Below, piece by piece: positions 62,350 through 64,000 of a stretch of 64,000 bases of DNA; within the stretch, counting starts at the first letter, position 1, and every line of letters starts with the position of its first letter. The notes beneath the pieces were generated by a model. It had not been told where the DNA came from and made no database searches. It saw only the letters and a list, made by a program, of their open reading frames with translations. The translations under genes were made by a program, and so were the position numbers. The DNA is from Felis catus (taxonomy: Eukaryota), in contig NC_058373.1 in the NCBI RefSeq assembly GCF_018350175.1, positions 103,108,001-103,172,000 of the forward strand. The letters run 5' to 3'.

Positions 62350-62546
62350 TGGCTCAGTCGGTTAAGTGTTTGACTTCAGCTCAGGTCATGATCTTGCAGT
62401 TTTTGAGTTCGAGCCCCACATCAGGCTCTGTGCTGGCAGCTTGGAACCTGGAGCCAGCTTCTGATTCTGTGTCTCCCTCTCTCTCGGCCCCTCTACTGCT
62501 CACGCTCTGTCCCTCTCTGTCTCAAAAATAAACATTAAAAAAAAAA
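62350..62546 (+). mobile_element. 5'-truncated CAN-SINE in PELI2 intron 1
   Basis: Starts at TGGCTCAGTCGG, with TSD gagacccttact (62338-62349 and 62551-62562). Confidence 0.92.
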
Positions 62547-64000
62547 GACAGAGACCCTTACTAATTCATATCCTATCCATCGGATTCAAGACAGTCCCCT
62601 CTTAAAACAACAATAACAATCAAACATCAACTTTGCATATCTGATCATCTGGGATGCAAATATTGGTAAAGAATTTCTAGTAGGTTTTCTTATTGATAAA
62701 ATTAGTGTTGATGTCTAAAAATGACCAATATTGATATTGATAGAAGCTTTTGCTTATAAAACACAGTGCTTTTTTTTTTTAAGCTGTTGTGTAACTACCT
62801 TTTTGTTTTCCTCTAAATTTCTCCTTTTTTCTTTTCTCTTTCAAATTTCATGGTAAAATGTTAGTGAGAAATCCTGGCAAGCAGACTGAGGAACTATATA
62901 TATGTATATATGTGTATGTCTATATATGTGTATACTTATATATGTATGTGTGAAGAGGTTTATATGTATAGCTATTTGCATATAGCTATATGTCTAAATC
63001 CATATGCAAATATGGGTCTTTTCACATACTGTACAGTACTAAGAGAATTGCCAGGTAGTTAGGATGTTAGTTGGGTCATCACCTTTTTGGTGGATTAATG
63101 GAATTTCATTATTTCTTGATTCCAGCCAATGAATGTGTCATGCCACCACCCCTTGTTGTGCCCATTACGTAATTCAAAGTAGAGAAAATGACTAGTCTAA
63201 CCGTCAGGTCTTTCTTGCTATTCCTTTTAAGCCTAAGTTGGGGAAGTGTGTCTGGATTTGAGAGTGTAGTGGAGAGAGCATAAAGGTACAGTCAGGAGAC
63301 CGGGATTGAATCTCTGCTTTCTTGCCAACCAGCGTTGTGACTTTGGATTAGTCTTCTACCTTCTCTGTCTAAAGTGATAATGAAACATGATTGGACTAGG
63401 TGATCTTTAAGGGCCCTTCTTGGTGTATACTCTGTAATACTGTTCCTTGGTTTAATGTGGAAAATGCATAGTTAACATTCTGTGTGTTAATTTTGAATAT
63501 TCTTAAGGTGATGGTGCTAGAATTCTAATGGGAACTGACTTTAAATAGCAGAAAAGACCAACGCTGTGATTACTTTTTTTGAAGTAGATATGTGCAAAAC
63601 AGGGTTTTTAAAAAAGGTGGTAATGGTATGCGTATATTTGGCTCATTGGTGTTTGATTATATGTTAAGACATTCAGATTTGGTACGACTTTCTGTTCCAA
63701 ACTTAAGCAAGGCAATAATGTTTTGAAATTAATCTAAATAGGCTACAAAAGCCAGCATAAGGAAGAGATAATCCGAAGATAGGATTTTAGACCTGGAAGG
63801 GACTTGGGAGGTCATGGTGTGTGTTTAGCCCTTTTATTTTACTAACGAAAAAGAAACTGAGGCTCCAGAAAGGAAGGAGATTTGTTCAAGTTCACAATTG
63901 AGCTGGATCACTGCACTGCCGGGTCACTGTTTTCCCACTTCAAGGCAGACTCCAGCAGTGCTGTCAGTTTCTCAAAGCTTCAGACTTTTTGTAACTTGCA

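Larger units (their letters stand above)
59608..64000 (+). other. PELI2: PELI2 intron 1 (continues past the window)
   Basis: Begins at the GTGAGT donor. I did not recognise the downstream Pellino coding sequence (YNG...) in the window. Confidence 0.85.

Overview
This is mammalian genomic DNA from a cat-family (Felidae) genome, judged from its many CAN-SINEs of the felid SINEC_Fc type and its carnivore L1 3' ends. About 59 kb is repeat-rich intergenic sequence. It is followed by a CpG-island promoter and the first coding exon of PELI2 (Pellino-2 E3 ligase; + strand, CDS 59531-59607, donor GTGAGT) and ~4.4 kb of intron 1. The only other gene-derived sequence I recognise is a near full-length RPL6 processed pseudogene (- strand, ~51538-52552). 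It sits inside an old L1 ORF2, carries a SINE of its own, and has a (GATA)n microsatellite where its poly(A) tail should be. The most notable observations are: two candidate L1 3' transductions bounded by target-site duplications (TSDs); a strong-Kozak 3-codon uORF upstream of the weak-Kozak PELI2 start; a SINE with a 10-copy 12-bp internal expansion; several closely spaced inverted SINE pairs; and several CpG-retaining non-repeat patches that look like distal enhancers. I found no prokaryotic-type system (CRISPR, operon) and no convincing novel protein-coding gene. Repeat family names come from recalled consensus sequences, not from a database search, and boundaries of old repeats are approximate.
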